DNA from: the human T2T-CHM13v2.0 reference genome, Homo sapiens
Length of the DNA stretch: 64,000 bases
NCBI RefSeq assembly: GCF_009914755.1
Contig: NC_060947.1
Direction: 5' to 3' (one strand)
Shown: positions 33,290 to 45,673 of the stretch, one piece after another
Numbering within the stretch: position 1 is the stretch's first letter
Layout of the letters: every line of letters begins with the position of its first letter
Position numbers and translations under genes: made by a program
The notes under the pieces: generated by a model
What the model saw: the letters and a program-made list of their open reading frames with translations, nothing else
Databases searched by the model: none
Told to the model about the DNA's origin: nothing

Positions 33290-33381
33290 CTCTTGTCTCA
33301 GAATATCTGGTAAAGATTGTCTGGGGACATTTGTTGTTTTAGCAGAAACAACTGAAGCATGAAGTGAGGCACTTTTTATTC
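33290..33381 (-). pseudogene. FSIP2-like small exon (92 nt, GC donor)
   Basis: cttcttttccccag|...CAAGAG|gcaagt; reads GIKSASLHASVVSAKTTNVPRQSLPDILRQE versus FSIP2 GINISGQGSIISAQ..; phases fit both neighbours. Confidence 0.7.
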
Positions 33382-33789
33382 CTGGGGAAAAGAAGAGGTA
33401 CTATTAAATTGAGAAAATGATATAGTTCTCCTTCCTGGGCTGCCATAATGTCTGGAATTACCATAGTCAAGGATACATTTATTCCGGTTAAGGCAGTAGC
33501 TCCAAGGATAAGATGACTTGATGAGGTTTTTAAATTTCCCCTGCCTACAAACTTCTAGTGGCTTGCCACTTACCTCAGGGACAAGTCTGAACTCCCTAAC
33601 TTCTTGCTGTAACTTCCTTTGCTAGCTTTATCTCCCTCCCAATGAGAATGAAATATTTTGTACTTTATTCAGTAGCCAACAGCTACCACTGAGGACTTTT
33701 GAGTAGAGGGATTATATGCCCCAAACTGTATTTTGGAAAGGTTACATTCACAGCAAAATGTAGAGCAGGTTAAAAGGAAGAAAAAGAAC

Positions 33790-34330
33790 ATATAATGGAG
33801 TACTATTCAGTCATAAAAAGAATGAGATTCAGTCATTTGCAGTAACATGGATGGGACTGAGGGTCATTATGTTAAGTGAAATAAGCCAGGTACAGAAAGA
33901 CAAACATCACATGTTCTCACATATTTGTGGGATATAAAAATCAAAACAATTTAACTCATGGACATAGAGAGTAGAAGGATGGGTGACCATTTACAAGAGG
34001 CTGGGAAGGGTAGTGGGGGTGGCTAGAGCGGAGGTGGGGATGTTTAATGGGTACAAAAAATAGAATGAATAAATAGGCCTAGTATTTGACAGCACAAATG
34101 GGTGATTATAGTCAATAATAACTTAATTGTACATTTTAAAATAACTTAGAGTGTAATTGGATTGTTTGTAACTCAAGTATAAATGCCTGAGAGGATGGAT
34201 ACCCCATTGTCCATGATGTGCTTATTTCACATTGCATGCCTGTATCACAACATCTAATGTACCCCATAAATATATATGCCAACTATGTACCCACAAAAAT
34301 TAAAAAACAAAAAATAAAATGAAAAGGAAA
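33790..34330 (+). mobile_element. L1MA 3' end
   Basis: atggagtactattcagtcataaaaagaatgag...actatgtacccacaaaaattaaaaaa. Confidence 0.85.
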
Positions 34331-35087
34331 AGGAAACATTTTACTGAAAAAAAGGAATAAGAAGACATTGGAGGCAAATTATGGTAATCATTAAGGGCAG
34401 GGATAACATGAATGGAAAGGAAAGGTAAATTACACAGAATGTGGCAACTTTAAGATGTAGAATATGAGCAATGGGAAAAAGCGAAAGATGAGCCAAGTTT
34501 TGTGCCTGGATAAAAAAGGAGGAAGTAAGAACAGGTTTTGGGGTGACTGGAAGATGATGAATTTTGTTTTGTGCATATTAGATTTAAAGTGCTCAATGAC
34601 TACCCAGATGGTGATGTCCTAGTGTGCCTGGTGGCCGTGGGTATGTGTAGAATATGCATGGGAATCTTCTGTAGGGACTAGCAGAGACTTAGCTAACCTC
34701 TAGTTCAGCCTTGCGGAGATGGGAAGCAGGATGTATTTTCATGTCTGAGGAGAAGGATGGCAGTAGAAGGTAGGGACCTTTTTGGGGAGAATTTTCTGCA
34801 CTGGGACTCCCAAATCATACTATGTTATGAACTTACTCTGCCTATCAGTAAGGGCAGCCATTGCAGGAACTCTAACTTCTCCACACTTTGCAAATCCCAA
34901 ATGACCTATTCAGCTAAAAAACACCCCAGTATGTAAGATAATAACATTCATAATCATGAATATTTTTAAAATCTTCCTTTACTAAAAATAAGCACAGATT
35001 TTATAATCAGGAAAATAACCAGCTGTATGACAAAACTATTTAATTGAAAAACTACAGAAAAATTATGAATATTATTTATTTTCTTAC

Positions 35088-35151
35088 CTCCTTCATTTGA
35101 AGGACATGACAGTTTAGTCATTTCTTTATCTTTCTATATGGCTTAGTATTC
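35088..35151 (-). pseudogene. FSIP2-like small exon, acceptor mutated
   Basis: Strong donor GAAGGAG|gtaaga; pyrimidine tract lacking AG; reads ...EMTKLSCPSNEG versus FSIP2 GMVSKNSSIFDDRG. Confidence 0.55.
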
Positions 35152-35734
35152 CAGAGAAAAGCATTAATTAGTAATTAAGCTTCTATTATTATTTTTTCAC
35201 CCTGCATGTGGTATCTGATAATTAAGCTTCTAAAAGAGACTTTTGCCTACTCTACAGGCATCAAATTAATATAATATCTTCCCCTCATCCCCTACCTCTC
35301 TCCCAAGCACTGGTCTCAATGCTAATACATATTATCAACCACTTGCTGGACATCTCTCACAGACACCTAAACTTAACTAGCTCATTATGTACCCATGGAC
35401 TCACATCTTTCCAAATTCACTTCCCTTCCTGCAGTTCATATTTTAGTTAAAGATGTGGTGATTCACCCAGTGCTCCATTCTAAAAGTTCAGATTTGCCCC
35501 GTTTATTTCAGTAAGGCCACTCCAATTCAATCTAATGCTTATTGGGTGCACTGCTTAGACCTGAAAAAATATATTTAATTCCTGACCTCAAGAAGCTTAT
35601 CATCCAGTAAAACAGTCAGACAAATATGATACAGTAGAATGAGTTCTGAGACAGAGGTAAGCCTAAGCACCATGGAAGCACAGAGAAAAGACACCCTACT
35701 TTGTGAAAAACCTATATACAAAAACTGAATAATA

Positions 35735-35780
35735 TAATAATAATAATAATAATCATCATCATCATCATCATCCTCATCAT
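35735..35780. repeat. (TAA)n(TCA)n microsatellite
   Basis: Direct reading. Confidence 0.95.
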
Positions 35781-36125
35781 TGATATGGTTTGGCTGTGTC
35801 CCCACTCAAATCTCACCTTGGATTGTAATAATCCCCACGTGTCAAGGTGGAGATAATTGAATCATTGGGGCAGTTTTCCCCATACTGTTCTTGTGGTAGT
35901 GAATAAGTCTCTTGAGATCTGATGGTTTTATAAATGGGAGTTCCCCTGCACAAGCTCTCTTGCCTGCCGCCATGTGAGACACGCCTTTGTTTCTCCTTTG
36001 CCTTCTGCCATGATTGTCAGACCTCTGCAGCCACGTGGAACTGTGAGTCCATTAAACCTCTTTCCTTTATAAATTACCCAGTCTCAGGTATGTCTTTATT
36101 AGCAGTGTGAGATCAGACTAATACA
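35781..36125 (+). mobile_element. THE1 (MaLR) solo LTR
   Basis: TGATATGGTTTGGCTGTGTCCCCAC...GACTAATACA; TSD atcat/atcat. Confidence 0.92.
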
Positions 36126-36920
36126 ATCATCATCAATCTCCCTCTCAGACTCCACACATCTATTAAGTCACCAACTCCAGACATAGTCTAACTCCAAAAT
36201 ATCTTGAATCTATATCTTCCCTTTCACCCTCATGCTGCTGCCTGTTTGGGCCCTTATCATTTTTATCTGAACTATCCCAGTTCAGATAAACTGGGATAGT
36301 TCCAAACTATCTTGTCTCCAAACTATCTTGTCTCTAATCTCTTTTCTCTACCATCTATCTCAAACACTGCAACTGGATTATCTTTTTAGAAATTCAAATA
36401 ATTCTTATGTCATATGCCTACTCAGAAACCTTCAATGGTTCCCTGCTACTGAGAGGATATAGTCATACTTCAGCAAGGTGTACAAGGCTCTGACTTCAAC
36501 TCACCTTTTCAGTCTCATCTCCTGCACTTCTCTGGCTATGCTGGCTCACACCTCCATGCTTTCAATGTACGCTTTTCACTTGTATCTGCAACATTGGCTC
36601 ACTATATCCTCACAACTACTCACCTGGAAAATTCCCACTCACATTTCAGGACCTAATTTAATTAAATCCTCCTTTAATAAAGCCTTCTTCAACCTCTCTA
36701 GGCAGGACTAGGCTTTAAATCTTCTACACTTTCACTACATTTTGCATCAATCAAAACTCCCATTTTATTATAAGAACTTTTGTTTATGTAAGTCTGACCC
36801 TTAGAAGGTGATTATGTCTTTTCCATCTGTATATTCTGTGTCACCCACTTTTTCCTTTTTCCTTCTTTCTCACTTAGTACAGGACCTAGCTCACAGTAGG
36901 TTCTCAACAAATGTTAACTT

Positions 36921-36965
36921 TCATCATCATCATCATCATCACCATAATCATCATCATCATCATCA
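36921..36965. repeat. (CAT)n microsatellite
   Basis: Direct reading. Confidence 0.95.
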
Positions 36966-37202
36966 AATGTTTAAGTTACTTTCTGCTAAATTGCGTGGTA
37001 CATTTAGCATGAAGCTTACTCAGCACCTTCTTTACCAGGGAGAGGGGTGTGACCTGTGTCTTAACACAATGATCTCTAGCTAGTCAGCACCAAGCCAGTG
37101 AATGGGATATCCTATAGAAATAAGTTAACTAGACAAACTAATGATCAATACAAACATTTGAAACACAATTTCTTCTTTTTGTTCTGTCGTGTTACTCTAT
37201 AC

Positions 37203-37278
37203 ATTCCATCAAGGATGTAATTGCTTCTTCACTTTTTGATAGCAATCTTGGTACCATTTTGAGAATGATGAACTGGCC
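37203..37278 (-). pseudogene. FSIP2-like small exon
   Basis: cttttacttacttttag| then PVHHSQNGTKIAIKK* versus FSIP2 AAHQRQNSSNNFTKK; donor gtatag tentative. Confidence 0.55.
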
Positions 37279-37309
37279 CTAAAAGTAAGTAAAAGGGAAA
37301 TCATATCAT

Positions 37310-38170
37310 TTTTAAACAACTTTGTTAAATTATGATTGAAGTACAAAACTGTACATGTTTAAAATGTACAATTTGTTCAGTTTTGACATATATATATACA
37401 TACATACCCATGAAACAATCACTACAATCAAGATAGTGAACATACTGATCACCCACAAAAGTTTCCTTTGCCCTCTTATAGTTCATCCCCCTCTGTACTG
37501 TCCCGCAGGCAATCACCAATCTTGCTGTCACTATAAATTAGTTCGCACTTTCTAGAAGTTTGTATGAAGGGAATCAAACAAGATGTACTATTTTTTGTCT
37601 GTACTGTTTTCTTTCATTTAACATAATTATTTTGTGATTCATTAATATTGTTGCCTGTATGAGTAATTCATTCCTTTTTATTACTGCATAGTATTCCCTG
37701 GTATATATGTATCACAGTTTACCCATTTACCCATTGAAGGGCATTTAGGTTGTTTCCAGTTTTCAGCTATGATGAATAATGCTGCTATGAACATTGGTGT
37801 TTGATTCTTTATGTGGATGTATAATTTCACTTCTATTGGGCACATACCTAGGAGTGTAATGACTGAATTGTGTGGTAGATGCAAGTGTAACTTCATTTGC
37901 CCAACTATTTTCCACAGTGGTTGTGCCATGTTTACATCCCCATCAGCTGTGTAAGAGAGTTCTAGGTCCTCTTGGTCTTTGCAAATGCTTGGTATGAACA
38001 AGTATATTCTAGCCATTTTACTGAATGTGTAGTGGTATCTCACAGTAGTTTAATTTGTAGTTCCCTGATGAGTAATAATGTTGAACAGCTTTTCATGTGT
38101 TTATTTGCCATCTATACGTTTTCTTCAGTGAAATGCCTGTTTGCCCCTTTTTATGAGATTGTCCTGCCTT
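37310..38170 (-). mobile_element. L1M (L1MC/MD-like) 3' region
   Basis: Antisense ORF2 C-terminal motifs (AQPLWK, MFIAALFIIAENWKQPKCPS) in ORF 37681-38043. Confidence 0.85.
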
Positions 38171-39386
38171 TTGCCAACTTTATAACATTGTTGCAAAAAT
38201 ATTATATGTATTTTATATTCTACATCTTTTTACAATGAGAATGTATTCTAGATGTAGGTCAGGAGGCCCATATTTTTCCTGTGCTTACCTTTGGGGCCTG
38301 ACAGATGTGAAATAACCATTGTGCAACAGGGCTATTATTTCAAAAATTTTATATCATTTCTAATTCTTGACTCCTTCGGTACTCTTTATCCTAGTCTTCC
38401 ATAGGCATCTACTGGTTTGGTAGTGGAGGTAGGGGAGGTAGAGTAGAGAAGTCTACTCAATAATTTGTAACAGGAGGAATTCCATGATACACACCAAGGT
38501 AATATTCAGCACCTCTCATCCCAAAATAGGATGACACAACAAGACAGTTCCCTTGTAAGCCATGATTGTCTCAAGAATTTCCCTAAATTTTTTCCCTGTT
38601 TTGTGTAGCAACAACCTGGAATGCTTAGCTACTAGAGATAGCCTTGCCACCATTAAAGGTTATCTGGGGTCAGGAAGAAGGGGTATATGACCTAGGAGAA
38701 AGGTACCAAAGAAAGATCACTCCTTTAGAAGCTCAGAGATAGTAAGAAGATGGAAGAGTAGTGTCAGAGAGAGGCTGGAGAGCAAAGAAATCAGATGTGG
38801 CTTCACATTTGCCTTATTCTGGGCCTTGGTTGCTTTAGATAATTGAAGTTAACATGGAGAGCAAACAAGGGGAACTATAGCTCCACTCTCCATTTAAGAC
38901 TCTAGGAAGATAGATCTTAGGTTCCCCCAGTCCTTGCTTCCACCTTTTCCTCACCTGGGCCATGGCCCAGCAACTTGGCAGTATAGTGCAGTCAGGCCCA
39001 GCAAGGTTCTCTCTGAGGTTTTGGTTTCTTAAGCCACTCTTGGTTCCCATGTGGTATAGTCATGGTCCAGAAGGGGCTGAAAGTCTAGCTGGGGAGCTGG
39101 CCAGGGGGAGTCACTATGGTGGAAGTGAGAGGACTCTACCCTGAGTGTTATAGAGAAGCCAACCAGAATTGGGGTGGGGGATAGACAAGAAAGCCAGAGG
39201 GCTCTACTAAGCCCAGGGAGACCAGAGCATGAGTCAGTACACTAGTGGCAGACTTAAATTTTGAATGCCAGTAGGCTAAGCGCTATCTGAGTGGAGACAG
39301 AAACATCTGTTTGGAGACCCAAGGAGGCAGAGGACATTTCGTCTAAGCACCCTGACTTTGTTCTGCCTTTATGAGGTCATGGAGGC

Positions 39387-39530
39387 CAGTGCTTCCCAAA
39401 CTTGAACATGCATACCCACACTGGGATCTTGTTAAAATGCAGATTCTGATTCCGTAGGGCTGGGGTGAGGCCTGATAATCTGCATTTCTAATAAGCACCT
39501 AGATGATGCCCATGTGGCTGACGCTTAGAG
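39387..39530. mobile_element. MER5A-like hAT MITE
   Basis: cagtgcttcccaaactt...ttgttaaaatgcagattctg...ctgcatttctaataagc. Confidence 0.75.
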
Positions 39531-40711
39531 GAGTAAGAACATAAGTCAAACCTCTTACCTCAGGCACATGGACGCCATCTTTGGAAAAGAAGCAGTAAGA
39601 TGGGGAAGCTTCCTGAAAGTCTGAGCCATTTTGGGGGCTCCACAAAGGCAGAATCTAAAGGAGTATGTTAGGAAAATCAATGACTGAGCTAGAAAGCAAA
39701 ACAAAGGAAGACACTTCAATTCAACAAATAGTGCCAGCCCTACATGTGTTCAGGAAGCCTACTAAAGAAGCGGGTTGAAACATTAAATGACAGCTACTAC
39801 TCAGGTGGGGTTTTCTAAAAGGAAGAGGGGAACAAGAGTGGGCAATACTGGGGGCACACTCCACTGCTGCAGAAAAATATGTGGCAGAATAAAATATTTC
39901 TGCTGCCAGTGAAGTGACATAAATTACTTTTGGGCCCGAAAGGTCCCAAGTCAAAGGAAGGGCAGGGTTTTGAGCAAGACCCATGTCTTGGTCCTCACTA
40001 GGTCCCTAGTGCTGTGGTTCCATTCAGCAATCTGCAAGGATAGTTCTCCAGGTGGAACAAGTGAGATGCAGGTAAAAAACTTCCGTAGGAGGTGGAACTG
40101 CTGAGAAAGGGGTGGCAGCAGCAGTAGCAGCAGCTAGTGATGCACAGGCTGAAAAAAATACCTCAGAATCTTGTTGGGAATGGGGAAGTACAGAGGAGAG
40201 ATCAGAAGCAGGGGCTGTGGAAAACTCAGGGCTCTGATCATGCTTGGAGAGTTGTCAACTGCAAAATGTGGGCTGCCCTGCTCATGGGAGTGTGGAGGCA
40301 GTGACACCAACTGAGTAGTTAGGGCATCTAATGCAGATGGCAATAGAAGCTGTAGCACTGTTGGTGAGAATTACTCAAAATCCATCATTTGATAGACGAG
40401 AATAGAGGATTTATCTGCATGATAAGCAGGTCATTACCAAATCCAGTCTTTCCACAAATTACTCATTTCTAATGATAACATTTCAATTAAATTTTTGTCC
40501 TTGGTGTGGTTTCTGACCCATGGGAGTGTCACTCATTTTCTTTCTCTTTGAGGGAGTTGCTTAAAGAAACATAATGAAACATTTATTTTTAATAGTGGGG
40601 ATGACAAAAGTATCCCAGATAGATTCTATTCATCCTTCCATGCCCAATAAGAGGAGAGCCATATGCCGATCTACATATGGGGTTGTGGCGGAGGAAATGG
40701 GAGATGACAGG

Positions 40712-40916
40712 CAGTGGTTCTCGATGGGAGGTAATTTTGTCCTCCAGGGGACATTTGAAAATGTCTGGAGACATTTTTGATTGTCACAAATGATGGGTGT
40801 TGTGTTTCTGGCATGGGTAGAGGGATGCTACTAAACATCCTACCGTGCACAGGATGGCCCTCCACAATGGATTCTGTGGCCCCAAATGTTAATAGTGCCA
40901 AAGTTGAGAGACCCTG
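40712..40916 (+). mobile_element. MER20 hAT DNA transposon
   Basis: cagtggttctc...caggggacatttgaaaatgtctggagacatttttgattgtcacaa...taaacatcctac...gttgagagaccctg. Confidence 0.85.
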
Positions 40917-40957
40917 GGGTAGAGACGTGTGATGGGAAGGAAAGAAAATTACCTTTA

Positions 40958-43400
40958 GAGCTGCGCGCCGCGGCGGCGGAAGATGGCTGCGGCCGAGTTG
41001 GCGGACACTCAGCTGATGCTTGGAGTCGGGCTGATCGAAAAGGACACAAATGGAGAAGTTCTGTGGGTGTGGTGTTATCCTTCCACGACAGCCACATTAA
41101 GGAACCTGCTGCTGAGAAAATGCTGCCTTACAGATGAAAACAAACTTCTCCATCCCTTTGTCTTTGGTCAGTACAGAAGAACATGGTTTTATATCACAAT
41201 AATTGAAGTTCCAGATTCTTCCATTTTGAAAAAGGTGACTCATTTTTCTATTGTCCTGACCGCCAAAGATTTTAACCCAGAGAAGTATGCTGCCTTCACT
41301 AGGATATTGTGTAGAATGTACCTGAAACATGGGAGCCCAGTTAAAATGATGGAGAGTTATATTGCAGTTCTCACAAAGGGGATATGCCAGAGTGAAGAAA
41401 ACGGCTCTTTCCTTAGTAAGGATTTTGATGCCCGAAAGGCCTACCCGGCTGGCTCCATCAAAGACATTGTATCTCAGTTTGGAATGGAAACTGTTATCTT
41501 ACACACAGCACTGATGCTAAAGAAAAGAATTGTGGTGTATCACCCCAAGATAGAAGCGGTCCAGGAGTTCACCAGGACTCTGCCTGCCCTGGTGTGGCAC
41601 CGACAGGACTGGACCATCCTTCACTCTTACGTGCACCTCAACGCCGATGAGCTGGAAGCCCTGCAGATGTGCACAGGTTACGTCGCTGGATTTGTAGACT
41701 TGGAGGTGAGCAACAGACCAGACCTCTATGATGTGTTTGTGAATCTGGCAGAGAGTGAGATTACCATTGCTCCCCTTGCAAAAGAGGCCATGGCAATGGG
41801 CAAACTGCACAAAGAAATGGGTCAGCTAATTGTTCAGTCTGCAGAAGATCCAGAGAAATCAGAGAGCCAGGTTATACAGGATATTGCTCTAAAAACAAGA
41901 GAAATCTTTACCAACCTAGCACCGTTTTCAGAAGTTTCGGCTGATGGAGAAAAGAGAGTCCTTAATTTGGAGGCGCTAAAGCAAAAACGATTTCCACCAG
42001 CAACAGAAAACTTCCTTTATCATCTAGCAGCAGCCGAACAAATGCTGAAAATCTGACTGTGTGACAGAACGTATCACTGATGACTGATAGAAAGCCCTCT
42101 TTCACTCTGATTACCCACTCACTACATGAAGTCCTGAAAATAACAGAGAAACTGTTATATCTTTTTAATGATTTATTTGCAAGTATTGAGATTTGACCTG
42201 AAAAACAATGAAACACATGAACACACTTCCGATTTTCTCCTCGCTGATTAGCTTCCTGCCTGCTGTCAGTGCTGGACGAAGTGCTATAACTACTTTATGT
42301 AACATTACAGAACAGCTAGAGGTCCTGGGGTAAGAGGAAAAAAGCACATCACGACAAATGTGAAAGCCTTCATTATTACACGTTCCAGTTTGTCTCGCTG
42401 TGTAGGCATAAGCTAATGGTTTATTTTCAGAAAGCTGCCTGAAACGTTGCTTTGTATTCTTCTAGGAAGAACTTTAATTTCTCCTGAGGAACTCTACTTT
42501 CTGAGCCAAACTGCTAATTTTCTGCGGAACTGTCTAGAAGATCATTCAAGAGACCCTGCAGTTGCACTTTCTCGTAAAAGTTAAAAAAAAAAAAAAAAAA
42601 AAGGTTTTTCCCGGCCTTTGAACATTTTGCCTATGAGAGTTTTGCATATATTTTATACTTGAGTAGACAACTTTAATAATCCATATTTATACTATCGCAG
42701 AAGTAAGCATTTGGCAAACGTTCAGCCATTAGCACTCATTTAACCCTGTTAGCAATATTCTTTTGAAAAAAGTGCCAGTCCTTATGTGATAAACTAAGAA
42801 GCCCATTGAATATAAAAGTGTGTAGGACTGAAACAGTGACCTTATATTATTGCTAAGGGAATATGAGATTAACTTCCTACAGGGGCCAAAACCAGAGAAA
42901 GGCTTCCAGCAACTTCAGTGAAAGTAGTTTGGCCACATGTCAAGCCAATTGTTTGTATTATTTATGTACCTTTTTCATAACTGGAATTGCCAAATAAGCA
43001 TGGAGGTCTAAATGATGTACTTGTTAGTGTATTCATTCATATTGATTGTAAAGGATTATTTTTCACTCAGTACTGATGTCCTTGGAAATCTTACCTGGAA
43101 ACATGTTTGCAAAAAACATTATTGGATCTTTCATCTTTTTCTTGGTATTACATATTTGTTCAATAAAAATTAAACACCCTCCCTTTTTTTTGAGTGAGGG
43201 CAGGGAGTACCTGAAATAAGACAATGTTTACTAAGGCAAATAATTGAAAATTAAATCTGCACTTTATGGAAATGAGAAATATTAACATCTTTTTTCTCAT
43301 TTTTTTGTATTACTGTATTAGCTAATGATCAAAGTTGTTAAAATTATAAATTTATGATGCAGAAATAAAATTGAAATATTTTGATATTCAAAAAAAAAAA
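40958..43400 (+). pseudogene. DENND10P1: Processed retrocopy of DENND10/FAM45A mRNA (5'UTR stub, CDS, ~1.3-kb 3'UTR, poly-A)
   Basis: Intronless; AATAAA at 43364; poly-A from 43390; perfect 17-bp TSD aaagaaaattaccttta at 40941-40957 and 43401-43417. Confidence 0.93.
40983..42056 (+). CDS. DENND10P1: Intact 357-aa DENND10 (FAM45A)-like ORF (FAM45B), DENN-domain family
   Basis: MAAAELADTQLMLGVGLIEKDTNGEVLWVWCYPS...HLAAAEQMLKI recognised as FAM45/DENND10; good Kozak context aagATGG; no disablements. Expression not shown. Confidence 0.85.
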   Translation: MAAAELADTQLMLGVGLIEKDTNGEVLWVWCYPSTTATLRNLLLRKCCLTDENKLLHPFVFGQYRRTWFYITIIEVPDSSILKKVTHFSIVLTAKDFNPEKYAAFTRILCRMYLKHGSPVKMMESYIAVLTKGICQSEENGSFLSKDFDARKAYPAGSIKDIVSQFGMETVILHTALMLKKRIVVYHPKIEAVQEFTRTLPALVWHRQDWTILHSYVHLNADELEALQMCTGYVAGFVDLEVSNRPDLYDVFVNLAESEITIAPLAKEAMAMGKLHKEMGQLIVQSAEDPEKSESQVIQDIALKTREIFTNLAPFSEVSADGEKRVLNLEALKQKRFPPATENFLYHLAAAEQMLKI

Positions 43401-44143
43401 AAAGAAAATTACCTTTATACTATCTTGTCTAATTAAAGCTACTTTGGCTCTAACTAGCCAGAATTGTCTTCTGGGAGAAGGGAACAACTACTTTCTGTTC
43501 CATGAGAACACGGCCTGCCTCTGTGTGGGAGGCAGACCAGCATAATAACTGTGCTGGAGATCCTCCAAGCTAGCGGCAATGACAATTCTTGGTTGTTCCT
43601 CACAGCTTGACAGAGGCAACCATATAACCATATACATAGACCTCATCTGGGAAAAAGGTGATTACAGCTCCTGTTTTTAACCATTTAGATTGACAAAAGG
43701 ATTCCTAACTGCATGTGTGCTAATTGGGTTTTCATTAGAGTTTTAAGATGTGTGTCCCTTGTGTCTGCATGGTAGAAGATGACAGCCTTGTTATAGTGGA
43801 TATGAGTCAGTTGCATATGTGAAATTGATATCCTCACTCTTCTGTCACCTCTATAATATAGTGAACTTAAATTCACTTATATTTTCTTTTTCAAAAAGGG
43901 TTTGAGGTGGTCCCGGTATAAGATGCCTACCTGATACTTTCTTTCTGCTAGAAGTGGGTGTTAACAGTTGAAGGTTAAGAGCCGTATGGCTGCTTACATG
44001 ATCTTTTATGGAGGAGGCGGAACATTATAGCCTCATTATTTCACTGAACTGAACTACAAGCTTGTCTTATTGACTCCTCTTTTATAAAATTTTAATTCCT
44101 TCTTCCCTATCATATTGTCTATTCTTATCAGCACCTTCAGCAT

Positions 44144-44450
44144 CTTTTTTTTTTTTTTGAGACAGAGTCTCGTCTGTCACACAGGCTGGAGTGAGTGCAG
44201 TTGCACAATCTTGGCTCACTGCAGCCTCTGCCTCCAGGGCTCAAGCAATTCTTCTGTCTCAGCCTCCTGAATAGCTGGTACTACAGGCACATCACTGTGC
44301 CCGGCTAATTTTTATATATTTCTTTTGTAAAGATGGGGTTTCACCATGTGTCCCAGGCTGGTCTCGAACTCCTGACCTCAAGTGATCTGCCTGGCCCAGC
44401 ATCTGAAAGTGCTGGGATTACAGGCATGAGCCACTGCGACAGCCAACCAG
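44144..44450 (-). mobile_element. Alu
   Basis: Reverse Alu body. Confidence 0.9.
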
Positions 44451-45371
44451 CACCTCTTTTTAAAACATTCTCTTACACATATCCTTCCTCATTTAATTTT
44501 TTAAAATTTTCTGCTCTTTTTCTCTTTCTCTATCCTTTTCCCTCCCTCTTTCTTCCTTCTTCCCTCTTTCTTTTGCTTTATTTTTCCATCTTTTGCTCTA
44601 TATTTTCTTTATTGATTCCTCCTTTCAGAACTTATTTTTTCTTTCTTTTCTTTCTCTCTTGTTTTCATTATTTCTTGCAGTGGCGTTTCTTATGGACTCT
44701 TCTTTGTTAAACATCTTTCTCTCTCTCTCTCTTCCACTCTTTCCTTCTCTCTCTTTCTCTTTAATGCACTATCATTTTTGTAATTTTTTTTACTCTCCCC
44801 TTTTCACCATCCCCTCTCAAATTTATTTTATCATTGACTTCTCCTTTCAAAACTTTTCCTTTTCTCTTTTGTGTAAATTCTTCCTACAGGCTTCTTGCAT
44901 TTAAGATTTTTCTTTTGTATTCTATTTCTATCTTTCTTTCCTTTTCTTTTTCTTTTTCTCTTTTTTAATGCACTTTGTTTTTACTGGCCCCTTTCTGCTT
45001 GTGAAACTTTCTCTTATTTTTTTCTTCTTGATTTTACTTTCTTATTAACTAGTTCTTTTTAAACATTTCTTTATTTCTTACTCTTTCCTCCCTTCATTCT
45101 TTCCTTCATTCCTTCCCTTATTCCCTTTGTTTTTCTTGCTCCCTTTTATTTATTTCTATTTCTCCTCCGTTCCTGTCTGCATGCATGCCCACCTTTCTTC
45201 CTTCCCTCCTCCCTTCCTTCTGCCTTCTTTCCTCCCTTTTGCCTTTATTCCTTCCTCCCTTCCTACCCTCTCCTACATTCCCTCTTTCTTTCACTCCAGT
45301 TACTGAGTCCTTTAAAAATGTTTTTCATTTCCTCTCTTTCTCTTCTTATCTCTTTATTTTTTAAGTACCAA

Positions 45372-45673
45372 TTTTTTTTTAAGACAGCGTCTCCCTCTGT
45401 TGCCCAGGCTGGTGTGCAGTGGCACGATCTTGCTCACTGCAACCTCCACCTCCTGGGTTTAAGCGACTCTCCTGCCTCAGCCTCCCGAGTAGCTGGGACT
45501 ACAGGTGCGTGCCACCATGCCCAGCTAATTTTTTTTTTTTTTTTTTTGTATTTTTAGTAGAGACTGCGTTTTACCATGTTAGCCAGGATGGTCTGGATCT
45601 CCTCACCTCGTGATCCGCCTGCCTCGGCCTCCCAAAGTGCTGGGATTACAGGCATGAGCCACTGTGCCCGGCC
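45372..45673 (-). mobile_element. AluS
   Basis: Reverse Alu; TSD taagtacc(a/g)a. Confidence 0.92.

Noticed and set aside
36808-37083. Poly-His ORF
   Set aside because: Translation of a (CAT)n microsatellite.
42583-42602. A20 run as the end of the DENND10 retrocopy
   Set aside because: Not followed by the TSD; the true poly-A and TSD are at 43390-43417, so this is an internal 3'UTR A-tract.
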